Notes: generated from the sequence alone by a model not told the origin. A DNA stretch of 64,000 bases from Chiloscyllium plagiosum (GCF_004010195.1 NC_057751.1:14277483-14341482), one strand, 5' to 3'; numbered from the stretch's first letter, positions 38,198-50,485 are shown. Program-made: numbers and translations.

Positions 38198-38952
38198 TGT
38201 TATAACACGGAGGTGAACCGTTCTGTTAATTAAACCAAACACCCAGAAAAGCTCACCTCGCCCTGTAATCTGCTAAAATATGAGTGATGGAGAACTCCCA
38301 AATTCCACTGTTTAAAGAAAATAATATCAATTTATTCTTTAACTCTAAAGGTGAACATAAAACACCAACTATTCACAATTCTCAGTGCCCCCCTTTCTCT
38401 TAACTGCTTACTACATGCCTTCAACTTTATAATAATATGCTGTTCCAGTAAAACACTTAGTAAAATTACATGAATTAATTTCAAAACCATACAGCGGCTG
38501 TCATCATCAGTGACTTTGTTCTTATGGTTGAAGATCTCCCTGGGTCGTTGTCTGTCTTTTTATTGTGAGAAGATACCTTTGATAGAGAGCGTTTCAATGT
38601 CTCGGAGGTCTCTCTCGATGGCAGTTTTGATTTTGATTTTGATTTTGAAATTCTGATTTTCAAAATGCCTGCCTTTTTTTATATCCCCAACCTTCGATCG
38701 TCTCACTGGCTTGATGGTGACAAAACAATAAATTCAAACTTGATTGGATTTTAGTATCCCGGGGCAAATTTTTAAACTGGTTAAATTCAAATTGTTGTCA
38801 AAAGAGCAATCAACTTAAGTATCTATTTCACAGCTAAATGTTATATATTTTCAATTTTCCAGTACACTCTGAGACTGCTCTTGTAAGCTCTCAGTGCAGA
38901 ACAGCATTCACTCCATCTTAAAGGTACAGGACATGCCTTTAACTTCATAACA
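38198..38952 (-). mobile_element. Solo LTR, 755 bp, perfect 4-bp TSD
   Basis: Termini TGTTAT...ATAACA (6-bp inverted repeat), GTGC at 38194-38197 and 38953-38956. A 4-bp TSD is compatible with Ty3/Gypsy or class I ERV. Confidence 0.8.
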
Positions 38953-39511
38953 GTGCCAGTCTCCTCCTTTTACCCCATACCCAATGCACCATTATATCTG
39001 CACAAATAACCATCCAATGCCCTTTGACTGCGTCAACTGAACCTGTTTCCACCACATTCTAGACCCTTGCTACTCGCGAGGTGAGTTTCTTTTTTCCCCT
39101 TGCAATCACTTATTTTGTATGTCACTAAATCTCTGCCCTCTCATTTTGGAGCCTTCGATGAATTGGAAGTTTCTATCTACTCTAACCACCCGCTCATAAT
39201 TTTAAAAATCTTTATCAGATCTCCTGTAAGCCGCCAACTCTCAAATAAGAACTGATCTAACCTCTCCAGTCTCGCCTTGGAACTGAAATCTCTCATCCCT
39301 GGAGCCACTCTTATAAATGTCTTGCGCATTTTATCCAATGCAATCCCATATTATGTTGCCCATAACTGTACACAGACAGTTGAGATAAAGTTTTTAAAAT
39401 TGCTTTAAACAGACAGTAATAACCAAGGTGTTACTAAACTGGAATGCTAGTAGCAGTAACGTTCCCCTGTTTTCTGTTGTGACTACTGCTGTCCAAATGT
39501 GCATGAGAGAG

Positions 39512-39523
39512 ATGTGTGTATAT

Positions 39524-39569
<46 letters not shown>

Positions 39570-39625
39570 ATCTGTATATGTATGTATTTACATGTACACA
39601 CATATATTATGTGTTGTGTGTGTAC
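39512..39625. repeat. (TG)n/(TA)n microsatellite
   Basis: tgtgtgtgtgtatatatatatatatatatat... Confidence 0.9.
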
Positions 39626-39834
39626 ACACGACAAAAGTAAGGACCTGAAAGAGAACTGGAGGTCCTCTCAGGAAGTTATAGGTACACACAAGTTTGTGAG
39701 TATTTCAGACAAGTGTTATTTGAACTTTCATGCAGGTTTTCTTCAGTATTGGTTCATGGGATGTGAGCATCACTGGCTAGACTAACATTCATTGCCCATC
39801 TTTTATGGTGCAGAGAACATTTACAACCACACCA

Positions 39835-39935
39835 CGTTTGGACAAAGGGTCACCGGACCCGAAACGTTAACTTTGATTTCTCTTCACAGATGCTGTCAGA
39901 CCTGCTGAGCTTTTCCAGCAGCTCCTGCTTTTGTT
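39835..39935 (+). mobile_element. PLE-type family C terminal repeat inserted in a SINE
   Basis: A-GGGTC-ACCG-GACCC-GAAAC-GTT-AACT (39846-39872), then cagatgctgtcagacctgctgagcttttccagc; the CUGANGA box is degenerate. Confidence 0.7.
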
Positions 39936-40144
39936 ACAAGTCAACCACATTGGTCTGTCGAGTATAGGCCTGACCCGGGTAAGAATGGCAGATTTCCTTC
40001 TCTGAAAGGCATGAGTGAACCAGATGTGTCTTTGTGAGCAGTACAATGAATGGTGAAGCCAGCTTTACAATGCAGCATTTCCTTTACTGAATTCAAGTTT
40101 CACTATCTCTCCGAGTGAGACTCAAACCCACGCCCACAGTCGTG

Positions 40145-40845
40145 GTTGTGGATATGTTCTCCGAGCTGGGGTGTTGATTTGCAGACGTTTCGTCCCCTGT
40201 CTAGGTGACATCTTCAGTGCTTTGGAGCCTCCTGTGATGCGCTGTTGTACTGTGTCATCTGGAATGTATTTGGTTCTGTTCCTGCTTTTCCGGTTGTTTG
40301 TTGTAATGGCCGGTACATTGGGTCCAGGTCTATGTGTTTATTGATGGAGTCTATGGGTGAGTGCCGTGCTTCTAGAAATTCCCTGGCTTTCCTACGTTTA
40401 ACTTGTCCTATGATTGTGACGTTGTCCCAGTCGGATTTATGACCCTTGTTCTCTGTCTGTATGGCTATGAGGGACAGCTGGTCTCGGCATTTAGTAGCTG
40501 GTTGGTGTTCATGGATGCTGATTGCTAATTGTCTGCCTGTTTGTCCTACACAGTGATGCATGCAGTCTTGTAAATTACTTTAGTCTTGCACATGGTGGGT
40601 ATAGGGTCTTTTGGCCTGTTGAGTCGTTGTCTGAACGTGGTTGTCGGTTTATGGGTTATCATGATTTTGAGTGGTTGGAGAAGTCCAGCTGTCAATTCAG
40701 AGACCTTTTTTAATGTAAGGTAGTGTGGCTAGTGTGTTAGGTCGGGACATGTCGTCATCACGTTTGTCTGTGAGGCATGTGTGGATGAAGTTGCAGGGAT
40801 ATCCATTCTTGGCGAATACGCTGTAGGGGTGTTGTTCTTTGTTCC
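40145..40845 (-). mobile_element. Penelope-like element (family D), GIY-YIG remnant and 3' end, nested in a SINE
   Basis: HCVGQTGRQLAISIHEHQ..DWDNVTIIGQ..AREFLEARHS..INKHIDLDPMY, highly similar to 11655-12345. SINE halves lie at 39748-40140 and 40846-40900. Confidence 0.88.
40181..40220 (-). ncRNA. Minimal hammerhead ribozyme, intact core (family D)
   Basis: Minus strand: GCA-CTGAAGA-T-GTCACC-TAGACA-GGGGAC-GAAAC-GTC-TGC. Stem I GCA/TGC, stem II 5 of 6 pairs, GUC triplet. Confidence 0.78.
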
Positions 40846-41359
40846 CAGTGCATGAGCCTGGATCTCTGGATTACTAGCTCAGTGACAAAACTACAAGGCA
40901 AGCTCCTTCCCAAATATGAGCAATGTATGCAGAGAGTTAACAGAAATGTATTTGATTGTGAGTTCTGTGATAGTTGAATCCATCACACTTGAAGCTTGAA
41001 GAAATAGGAATTCTGTTTTACAGGCTCCTCATGTCGAATGGATTTTAACTCAAGGAAAACTCATCCATTTGCAGAGTTGAAACCAGCCTGCACAATGTGT
41101 GTGCGATAACTTTACAGTGTTTTTTCCTACATCTCAAGGTTGAATCGCTGAGTTCTGCTCCTTTAAATTATGCTGTATATTGTATATATTAAAGCTGGTG
41201 TTATGTGCAAGTATTTCATTGAGTGCTTTATATTTGTACCTGGAAATCACCTGTGGTGGAAGAGGATCAGGAGGAACCAATCTAGTCCAGTCTGTACTGT
41301 GTCTTCCACAGCAGCAATGTGAAACACATTGATGCAGCTGCAAGCAGACAAGTCTCTGG

Positions 41360-42030
41360 ACCAAATGGACTTCATCCAGGGCTCTTCAGGAAGATGGCTA
41401 ATGGGGTACGAGATGCGTTGGTGTTAGTTTTTCCAAAAAGGCCAATACTTAGGGAAGGTGGCCGCACCCTGAAGGCTAGGGATTAATGAGGTGTTATATT
41501 TCGTGACGAGAGGAATTAGAAAGCATTAAAGATGTTATGCTTGACTTCTACAGTGCGCTGTTGAGATGACATCTCAAACACTGTGCAGTTTTGGATGGAA
41601 TGGTGTGAATGCATTGGAGATGGTTCAGGGGAGGTTTGTTCGGCTAATAGCTGAAATTAATGGTTTGCCTCATAAGGGCAGGTTGTTTCTGCTGGAGGTT
41701 AGAGGATCAAAGGGTAACATGATTGAAGTGTGTAAGATGGACGTTGACAAGGCGTTTCTCGTCGTTGATGAGTTCAGAGCCAGGAACCCCCTTTAAAGTT
41801 AGGGCATGATCTACTCGGGCAGAGGTGAGGAGAAATGTTTTCTGAGGACTGTCTGACTTCACTTGAGGTGAAGGTGGAAGGTCACTGAATATTTTAAAAG
41901 CAGGAATTGGAAAAGTCCTTGTTCGGCAAAGGAATCTAACATCATCAGGTGTAGCTGGGAAGGTGGAATTAAAAACACAAACAGATTGACCATGATCTGA
42001 TTAAATGGTGCAGTAAGTTCAAGAGGCCAA
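41360..42030 (+). mobile_element. Old CR1 LINE remnant
   Basis: SLDQMDFI/HPG.LQE and ALEMVQGRFVRLI..GNMIEVCK motifs, degenerate. Confidence 0.6.
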
Positions 42031-42619
42031 GTTTTATTCTTCAACCTGCTTCAGATTTGCTTTCTGTTTTTTTCCAGTTAATTTGGACAGGCAAATCACC
42101 CATGATTCGCATTGTCCTTATCCCATGAGCACCCTCTATTTCTTCTTGTACAATTTGTCCCACATTTTGATGACTGATATGCCCAACTCCATGAGATTTT
42201 TCCCGAACTGTTGCTCATCTCCAGGTCAAACACATTTTCTATCCTGATCTCCTTAACCAAGGTCATTTCTCATGATGACATCAATGACATCTTTGATTAA
42301 CATTTCTAGCCCTCCGTCTTTGCCGAACATCCTATTCTTCATAAATCCCATGCGGTCCTCTACATTGAATACACAATTGTCATCATTGTGCAGCCAAGCC
42401 TTTGTTCTTGATGTCACATCATTCTTCTTTCAGTTGATGTCCACTATAAATCTGTTTACCTTTCTATGGGTGCAGCACGCATTCAGGTACAGAACTTTCC
42501 TCTTTTTGTTGTCTCACCTCTGTGACATTTCATCTCCACTTTTGTTGTGTCCTCAAGTTTATTCTCTTCATCCCTTCCAGTCATTCTCTGACTTTGATTT
42601 CCCATTTCATTGTCTGATT

Positions 42620-43165
42620 GGAGGGAGACAGGAAACTATAGGCCGGTTAGCCTGACCTCATTGGTTGGTAAGATTTGAGAGTCTGTTATTAAGATTAGAT
42701 TACAGTGTGGAAACAGGCCCTTCAGCCCAACAAGTCCACACCGACCTGCCGAAGCGCAACCCACCCATACCCCTACATTTACCCCTTAGCCAACACTACG
42801 GACAATTTAGCATGGCCAATTCACCTGACCTGCACATCTTTGGACTGTGGGAGGAAACCGGAGCACCCGGAGGAAACCCACGCAGACACGGGGAGAACGT
42901 GCAAACTCCACACAGTCAGTCGCCTGAGGCGGGAATTGAACCCGGGTCTCTAGCGCTGTGAGGCAGCAGTGCTAACCACTGTGCCACCGTGCCGCCCACG
43001 ATGAGATTGTGGAGTAGTTGGAAGTTCATGGGCTGATTCAGCATGGCTTTATCAAGGGGAGGTCATGCCTGACAAATCTGTTTGAATTCTTTGTGGCACG
43101 AATGAGTAAGTTAGACAAAGGAGAGCCAGTGGATGTGTTCCACTGAATTTCCAGAAGGCCTTGAA
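42620..43165 (+). mobile_element. CR1 RT fragment split by an HE1 SINE
   Basis: GNYRPVSLTSLVGK before the SINE and QHGFIKGRSCLTNLFEFF..LDKGEPVDV after it. Confidence 0.85.
42691..42997 (-). mobile_element. HE1-type V-SINE, near-intact
   Basis: The reverse complement begins gggcggcacggtggcacagtggttagcactgctgcctcacagcgc with B box gggttcaattccc, and ends cactgtaatctaatct; CpGs are retained. Confidence 0.93.
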
Positions 43166-44599
43166 ACCGAAATAAATTGCTGAGGCTGTATAAGGCAGAG
43201 ATTAAAATAAACAGAACAGTATACGCAGTTTATCCAACGCTCATTCTGCTCTTCAACTGGATTCGTGAGCCCAGCTGAGTGTGTTATACTTTAGGAAGGA
43301 TGTAAAGGTATGAAAGGGAGTACCAAACAGCTTCACTAATCTGGTTGGAGACATTGTGTGATTATAGTGCTCAAGATCGGCTGGAGAAGCCAGGTTTGCA
43401 GTCTTTAGAACAGAGAAGGCCAAGAGGAAAGTTGATTGAAATTCGCAATCTGTTTAGTTGGGTGAGGAGTGAAAAACTTTATGCAGTGGCTGAGGGATCA
43501 AGAACTGGAAGATGGATATCAAATGTGATTGGCAAAAGAACTGAGAGATGGCAAGGAAAAAGTAATGAACACAAGAAATGGTTAGGATCTGCAATGTGTT
43601 GTCTGATACGTGATAGTTAGATTAAGTAACAGCCTTTAAAAAAGGAATTGGATTTTTTTTTGCTCTCCTCTCTGTCTGATTACACCGTCGCCGTGCACTT
43701 CATGCATTTTCCTTCATTGAAGACACTTGGTCAATGCAAGTTGTTGCTAAAGGGACAGAGAAACATAAACTAATGTTTGTAGGAGGTGAAATGACTCATT
43801 CTAAATACAGAGACCCAAATGCTTTGTAAAAGATAAGCGTTTGTGAGAGTTGAAGTGAGAATATGCTTAAGAAACAACAAGAGATATGGAGTGTTAGAGG
43901 ATTCAGGCTTTAGTCGATCGACAACTCGAATTTGAAAGATGTTGTTGAGTGAAAGAGTACACTAATTACTGGAGTACCTTTTTGGAAGGATGCATTAGTC
44001 ACTGAAAAGGCCATTCATAACCCTGGATTTAAACAATTACATTTAATTAGACTTCCAGTATGCGATTACAGTGTATCTTGGCAAGTCTGGAACTTGTTGG
44101 ATTGATGTTTTGGCAGACGATAAGGATATACATGATCAACATTCGCAGGTCAAGGCCGTCCATGAGAAAGCATGATTAAACGTAACCTCACTTACTGATT
44201 TGATAGGTGTGTGATGGCCAAACTGTTGAAATGCATACACTCACCTCATAAATGATTTGGTGATTGGAGAATTATGAGGGCTTTCTGAAACAAACCACAA
44301 ACACAATCCCGGTCAAAATGCTCCACTAAATATGTTGGAAATCTTTAAGCGGTAAGGTATCTGGGGTTGCTGTAAATGAGTCATCACGATGGGAACTCTT
44401 GAGTCCGCGGGATAAGCTGCTCCACATGAGGTGGACGGGTTCCTCAGAGGTGACGGGTCAGCTTGTGAGCAGCTGTACCCTAAATCAAGTCTTTGACATT
44501 CCAGCTTGCTGCCTCTTGGCTTTACCCGCCTGTCATATGACAGATGTTACTGAGTTAACTAGTATCCTTGCTCTCTGCTGCCATGTGTAAAAACGGCAC

Positions 44600-44775
44600 T
44601 CAAAGTCACAGGAGGGAAACAGACCCTCCGGTCCATGTCGATCAGATATCCTGAGCTAATCTAATATCATTTGCCAGCACTTGGCCCATATCCCTCTGAA
44701 CCCTTATTATCCATATACCCATCCAGATCCCTTTTAAATGTTGTCATTGTACCAGCCTCCACCACTTGCTGTACC
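44600..44775 (-). mobile_element. HER1/CR1 LINE 3' end
   Basis: gaaacagaccctccggtcca..ccagcacttggcccatatccctct..cttttaaatgttgtcattgtaccagcctccacc. Confidence 0.75.
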
Positions 44776-44869
44776 TGTTAGCTGATTCTTGTGAAAACTA
44801 AAGCCCAACAGTCTAGCTTGTACATTGGAGGGATGTGTATGGCACAAGGGTCCAAACACCAAACTCGAT

Positions 44870-45225
44870 GTTGCCACTCCCAGTGTAGTACTGAGGGAGT
44901 GCTGCGCAACTGTAGGTGCTACCTTTCGAATGTGACGTTTTTTTGATCCTTCACGCGGATCTAAAAGACGGCCTGGCACGATTTTACAAAAGAGCAGGTG
45001 AGCTAATCGTACTTTCCTGACCAACATGTCTCCCTCCGATAATGTCATTAAAAAAACAACGGATGATCAAACCAATGTGCAATTGTCCTGGACGTGTGAG
45101 CTTACTTTGCATGAATTTGTTGCCACGTGACCGAAATTGCAACAACGACCAGGGTTGAAAAGTTGACTGGAGAGCAATTCGAGACATCTCGTGGTTACGG
45201 GAAGTACAATATAGATCCAAGTGCC
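44870..45225 (+). mobile_element. Deu-domain SINE
   Basis: cagtgtagtactgagggagtgctgc..aggtgctacctttcgaatgtgacgtt..aagagcagg. Confidence 0.7.
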
Positions 45226-45390
45226 CCTTTTCCCTCGGCTCTAGGGTGAGGTTGTGAACTGAGGCACACTTGGAGGACCAACCTGGCTTAAAAGCTGAAG
45301 GAGCTTTCTGGTGCTTCGCTGGAAGTGAACAAATCCTGACAATGTGGAGAACCTGAATGTGGAAGAAGGACTGAATCGAGGAAAAGGTAA

Positions 45391-45940
45391 TTAAATCAGG
45401 TCCTGGGGATTTATCCACCTTTAACTGTTTCAAGACATCCAGCACTTCCTCCTCTGTAATATGGACATTTTACAAGATGTCACCATCAATCTCCCTACAG
45501 TCTATATCTTCCATATCCTTTTCCACAGTAAACACTGATGCAAAATATTCATTTAGTATCTCCCCCATTTTCTGTGGCTCCACACAAAGGCTGCCTTGCT
45601 GATCTTTGAGGGGCCCTATTCTCTCCCTAGTTACCCTTTTGTCCTTAATATATTTGTAAAAACCCTTTGGATTCTCCTTAATTCTATTTGCCAAAGCTAT
45701 CTCATGTCCCGTTTTTGCCCTCCTGAATTCCCTCTTAAGTATATTCCTACTTCCTTTATACTCTTCTAAGGATTCACTCGATCTATCCTGTCTATACCTG
45801 ACATATACTTCCTTCCTTTTCTTAACCAAACCCTCAATTACTTTAGTCATCCAGCATTCCCTATACCTACCAGTCTTCCCTTTCACCCTGACAGGAATAT
45901 ACTTTCTCTGGATTCTTGTTATCTCATTTCTGAAGGCTAC
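45391..45940 (-). mobile_element. CR1 LINE ORF2 EN-RT linker fragment, young
   Basis: Open frame IQRKYIPVRVK..EIALANRIKENPKGFYKYIKDKR..GEILNEYFASVFT..LKVDKSPGPD. Confidence 0.9.
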
Positions 45941-46264
45941 TATAATGAAGGAAGATGAGGTTAGGTGGTAGGAAGAATAGAGAAGCTGAATATTATTTAA
46001 ATGGGGAAAAACTGTAGAGAGCTGCAGCACAGAGGGATTTGGGGTCCTTGTGCATAAATTACAGAAGCAGACAAATTTAACAGAAAAGGCAAATGGCGTG
46101 TTGAATTTTATTTCACAGGGAATGGAGTACAAAAATAGGGGTTTCTTGTTAAGATTATACAAGGTACAGTCAGACCACATTGTGAGCAATTTTTGCCGTC
46201 CTTATCTTAGTCAAAGTATTCTGGCATCAGAGGCTGTCCAGAGAAGGCTCATTTGGCTGAACCC

Positions 46265-46640
46265 AGGCACAGAGCAATAACAACAGAAATGGGTAGAGAA
46301 ACTCAGCAGGTCTGGCAGCTTCAGTGGAGAGAAAGCAGAGTTAATGTTCTGAGTCCAGTGACCCTTCTCAGGACTGAGTGTCAATTGGAGAAGGTAGTCT
46401 ATGTGCTGATGGCACATGGTGGAGGGGAAAGGAGTGAGTGAGCAGGTGAAGATGGAATAGAGAGAAAGTAAAGCGGACTAAGAGATGGATGATAGTGAGC
46501 CAGGAAAGGAGAAAAGCAAATAATGGGGGCAATGAGGAGGTGAAAATAGTTGCTTGTTCTGAAACCAGCCCATGTCAGACATGGAAGGTGGTGTTCAAGC
46601 TCTGAAATGCTCAGACTTGATATTGAATCCAGGTGGAAAA
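46265..46640 (-). mobile_element. PLE-type family C 3' end with degenerate hammerhead
   Basis: agaaactcagcaggtctggcagc..gagttaatgttctgagtccagtgacccttctcagg, followed by a purine-rich tract like other PLE 3' regions. Confidence 0.55.
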
Positions 46641-46679
46641 AGATATCTTTTTGATGGAACATTCATGATTACAATCCCA

Positions 46680-47535
46680 CTCTGGTCCCTTCCCGCAACT
46701 CTCTCCAGTACATCGATCACATCATCGGTGTCGTCTCCCCCTCTCATTTGGAATTGGAAAAGTTGATTCATTTTGCTTCTGGTTTCCACCCTGCTCTCAC
46801 CTTCAGCTGGTGCGTCTTTGACTTCTCCCTCCCTTTCCTGTTTGCAGATGATATCCTCTGCCGAACCACTGACTTCCACAGTGAGCTGAACTGTGCATCC
46901 CCACAGTGAGCTGAACTGTGCATCCTCACAGCGAGCTGAACTGTGCATCCCCACAGTGAGCTGAACTGTGCATCCTCACAGTGAGCTGAACTGTGCATCC
47001 TCACAGTGAGCTGAACTGTGCATCCCCACAGCGAGCTTCCTGTAAACACTCCATTCCATCCACCCTGATGGTTCTTCCATCTGCAGGAGACCTCAGTCAT
47101 GTCCACCGCTGTGACTGACAGGAGCCACCGCTGTGTCTCACCCTGCTCCCCCCACTTCGGCCCTCATCCCCTCTCTTCCCTCCCAAAACACTGAACAGAT
47201 CCTCCTCATTCTCACTTGCCGTTCCACCAGCATTGACATCTCAAGGACTTGAAGCTGCCATTTCTGCCACCTCCAGTAGGACGCCACCACCATACACCTC
47301 TCCTCATCATCTCACAGGGACCGTTCTCTCCAGGGCACCCTGGTCCACTCCAGCACCTTCCCACAACCCGATGGCATCTTCAGGTATAACTTCCCCCGTT
47401 CTCACTATCCAGGGCCCAGGCACACCTTCCAGATGAAGTAGTACTTTACCTGTGCTTCTTCCCACAAGCTCGTCTATTCCTTACAATGTGGTCTTCTCTC
47501 CACTGGGGAGGCAAAGAGCAGACTGGGTGACTACT
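46680..47535 (+). mobile_element. Degenerate Penelope-like RT remnant
   Basis: LQYIDHIIG (YIDD site decayed), FHPALTFSW, SLPFL, PTDFHS..SCKHSIP. Confidence 0.65.
46877..47037 (+). repeat. 25-bp minisatellite, about 6.4 copies
   Basis: Unit cacag(t/c)gagctgaactgtgcatcc(c/t) starting at 46877, 46902, 46927, 46952, 46977, 47002, and partial at 47027. Confidence 0.95.
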
Positions 47536-47544
47536 TCCCCAAGT

Positions 47545-48830
47545 TCCCAAATCATCTTCTCTTCACGGTTAAAAACAGAGGAGAAATATTCTTTGAAAAC
47601 CTCACCTAGCTCCTGTGGTTCTACACATACACGTCCACTTTGGTCCTTGAGGGGTCCTATTCTCTCTCTAGTTATTCTTTTTGCTTTAATATACTTGAAG
47701 AACCTCTTTGGATTCATCCTAACCTTCTCAGTCAAGACTATCTCGTGCCCTCTTTTTACCCTCCTGATTTCCTCCTTCAGTAAACTCCTGTATCCCCTAT
47801 TTTCCTCCAAGGATCCCCTTGATCCCAGCTGATTGTACCTGAGCCATGTCTCTTTTTTTTTTGGTCAAACCTCAATATCTCTCATCATCCAGGGTTCCCT
47901 ATTCCTATCAACCTTTCCCATCATTCTCACAGGAACATATAGACCTTGAACTCGAGCTATATCACTTTGAAAGGTTGTGATACTCACTTCAATCATAAAT
48001 TAATTTTGTCCCATTTGCCAGCACTCTTAAACCCTTCCTATTAACGTACCCATCCAGATGCCTTTTAAATGCTGTCATTGTACCAGCCTCCACCACTTCC
48101 TCTGGCAGTTCATTCCATGCAGGTACCACCCTCTGCGTGAAAAAGTTGCCCATTAGATCCCTTCTTTATCTTTCCCATCTCACCCTAAACCTATGCCCTC
48201 CAGTGCGGACTCCTCCACCCCAGGGAAAAGACTTTGCCTATTTACCCTATCCATGCCCCTCATGATTTATAAACCTCTCAGCCCTCAGCCCCAGCCTATT
48301 CAGCCTCTCCCTGCAGCTCAAACCCTCCAACCCTGGCAATGTCCTCATAAATCTTTTCTGAACCCTTTCAAGTTTCGCAACATCCTTCCGATGGAAAGGA
48401 GACCGGAATTGCACGCAGCATTCCAACAGTGGCCTTAACCGATGTCCTGTCCAGCCGCAACATGACCTCCCAATTCCTGTACTCGATACTCTGACCAATA
48501 AAGGAAAACATACCAAACGCCTTCTTCACTATCCTATCTACCTGCAACTGCACTTTCAAGGAGCTATGAACCTGCACTCCAAGGTCTCTTTGTTCAGCAA
48601 CACTCCCTAGGACTTTACCATTAAGTGTATAAGTCCGACTAAGATTTGCTTTCCCAAAATGCAGCACCTTGCATTTATCTAACTTAAACTCCATCTGCCA
48701 TTTCTCGGCCCATTGGCCCATCTGATCAAGATCCCACTGTACTCTGAGGTAACTTCCTTCGCTGTTTGCGACACCTCCAATTTTGGTGTCATCTGCAAAC
48801 TTACTAACTATACCTCCTCTGTTCACACAG
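47545..48830 (-). mobile_element. Two adjacent CR1/HER1 LINE ORF2 fragments
   Basis: 47545-47975: KVRMNPKRFFKYIKAKR..EYFSSVF. 48010-48830: SKFADDTKIGG..WAEKWQMEF..KCKVLHFG..LERVQKRF. Confidence 0.9.
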
Positions 48831-49190
48831 TGATCTCATTGAATGGTAGAGCATACTTGATGGGCTAAATGGCCTATGTGGTGGAATTGTCTTCCTCACA
48901 GAAGCTTCAGATATTTTTCAGGCAGAGATGGTAAGCAAGGTTATTTTGGAGGAGCAGGAATACAGACTTGAGGTTACGTTGAGATCTGTCATGTTCTGAT
49001 TGACTAAGGAAGCAGGCTTGGGAAGACCAAATGGCTGTCTCCATGTGATTCATGCTTTGCTAAGCAACCTTCATCCAGGCTGTTATCGGCTGGACCTCAG
49101 AGAAGGACTTTGGAAAGCTACACCATGTGACCAGTCTCCTTGGAAATTGGTCAATTTTGAAGAAATTTGAACTTCCTCCTATCAGCTGAA

Positions 49191-49230
49191 AGATTCCTGA
49201 AGAAGGGCTCATGCCCGAAACGTCGATTCT
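49191..49230 (+). ncRNA. Minimal hammerhead ribozyme, intact core (family A)
   Basis: AGATTC-CTGAAGA-A-GGGC-TCAT-GCCC-GAAAC-GTC-GATTCT. Stem I has 5 pairs plus one U.U, stem II is a perfect 4 bp, predicted cleavage is after C49224. Followed by a PLE tail to ~49285. Confidence 0.8.
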
Positions 49231-49284
49231 CCTGCTCCTCGGATGCTGCCTGGCCTGCTGTGTTTTTCCAGCACCACATTTTTT

Positions 49285-49607
49285 CTCTCCTGTAAGACCC
49301 TGGGTTTGATTTTAGCTTTTGTCCCAAGGCGTGTATGTGTGGATTTTTGCTAGTATTTGGAACAGTATCATTAAGTTGGGATAATCTGTTGGGTTTTTGG
49401 ACAGGTCGTTATTCTATTTTCTGTTCTCTTTTGTTTGTCTTTCATTCGGTAATGTTGTAAATAAATTCTGTTTTTAAAACTAAGTGGTTTGACCAGCTGA
49501 TTCTCTCCTGGAATATCCACTTACACCTGCTTAAAATGACAAGCAAAGTTAGGGTATGGGCTACTTTCTTGAAATGTTTTTGAGGGGGTCTGGCCTGGTC
49601 CATAACA
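49285..49607 (+). mobile_element. LTR-like element 3' part
   Basis: Contains AATAAA and ends ggtcCATAACA; homologous to 9929-10285 and to the reverse complement of 9289-9450. Confidence 0.6.
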
Positions 49608-50356
49608 CACTCCTTGGTGTCTCAATCATCAGAGTAAACAGTCCACCGGGAATGCAATGAGGACATGTCTACCCACTCGGCTGAGCAGTACCTTGGTGTC
49701 GTCTGCCTCCAGGTGCAGTTGTTGACTTCCAGCGTTTCTAAAATCAACTCCCAGTGGGAAATCCTGGTCTGATGGCCTTTGTTCCCCCAGGTCATGCCAG
49801 AACAAAGCTCCTGACATTCCTGCAAGGCACATTGTGTGAATCTCTTCGAACCAGAGTCACTGTCATCTCCGGCTGACTCTCAAACAGTCTTTTCTCTCTG
49901 TCACCGCAACAGAAAGTGCTGGAGAAACTCAGCAGATCCGGCAGCATCTGTGGAGAGAGAAAGCAGAGTTGAGATTGAGAGTGCAGTGACCCTTTTCTCT
50001 CTGTTGACTGCACAGAACCTTGGAGAGTTCCATTGATTTGTGAGGGAGTCTGCTCGAGATCGAAGGAAGGTTTAGATTATGCTACTCAGAACAGAAGATC
50101 AATCAACCTACCCAGGCCGACCATCAATGAGCTCAAATGACCCCTTCATTTCCTGTGGTTAATAAGATGATGAGAACATGACCCAAACAAGCAGGGGTTC
50201 ATAGAAATAAGAAACGTTGAGAATAATTAGACCCTTGAAACAAATAAGTGAAAGAATGTGCAGTGAGAAACTGGAGCAGTGGAGAGGTCACCAGAAAGGG
50301 CCACCCCTCTCTAGCATGTGGTGTCATATCCAAAGTGCTGACTGGTTAGCGTGAGG

Positions 50357-50485
50357 AGACAGTGAGGTCTGCAGATGCTGGAGATCAGAGTTGAGAGTGT
50401 GTTGCTGGAAAAGCACAGCAGGTCAGGCAGCATCCGAGGAGCAGGAGAATCGACATTTCGGGCCAGAGCCCTTCATCAGGAATGA
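50357..50485 (-). mobile_element. 129-bp hammerhead-bearing PLE family A unit with 13-bp TSD
   Basis: GGTTAGCGTGAGG (50344-50356) / GGTTAGAGTGAGG (50486-50498). Minus core 50452-50479 reads CTGATGA-A-GGGC-TCTG-GCCC-GAAAT-GTC. Confidence 0.85.

Noticed and set aside
42930..42997. tRNA genes at SINE heads (also 13741, 17321, 19002, 51466, 56867, ~60500)
   Set aside because: The A/B boxes continue directly into SINE bodies and no complete cloverleaf is evident.
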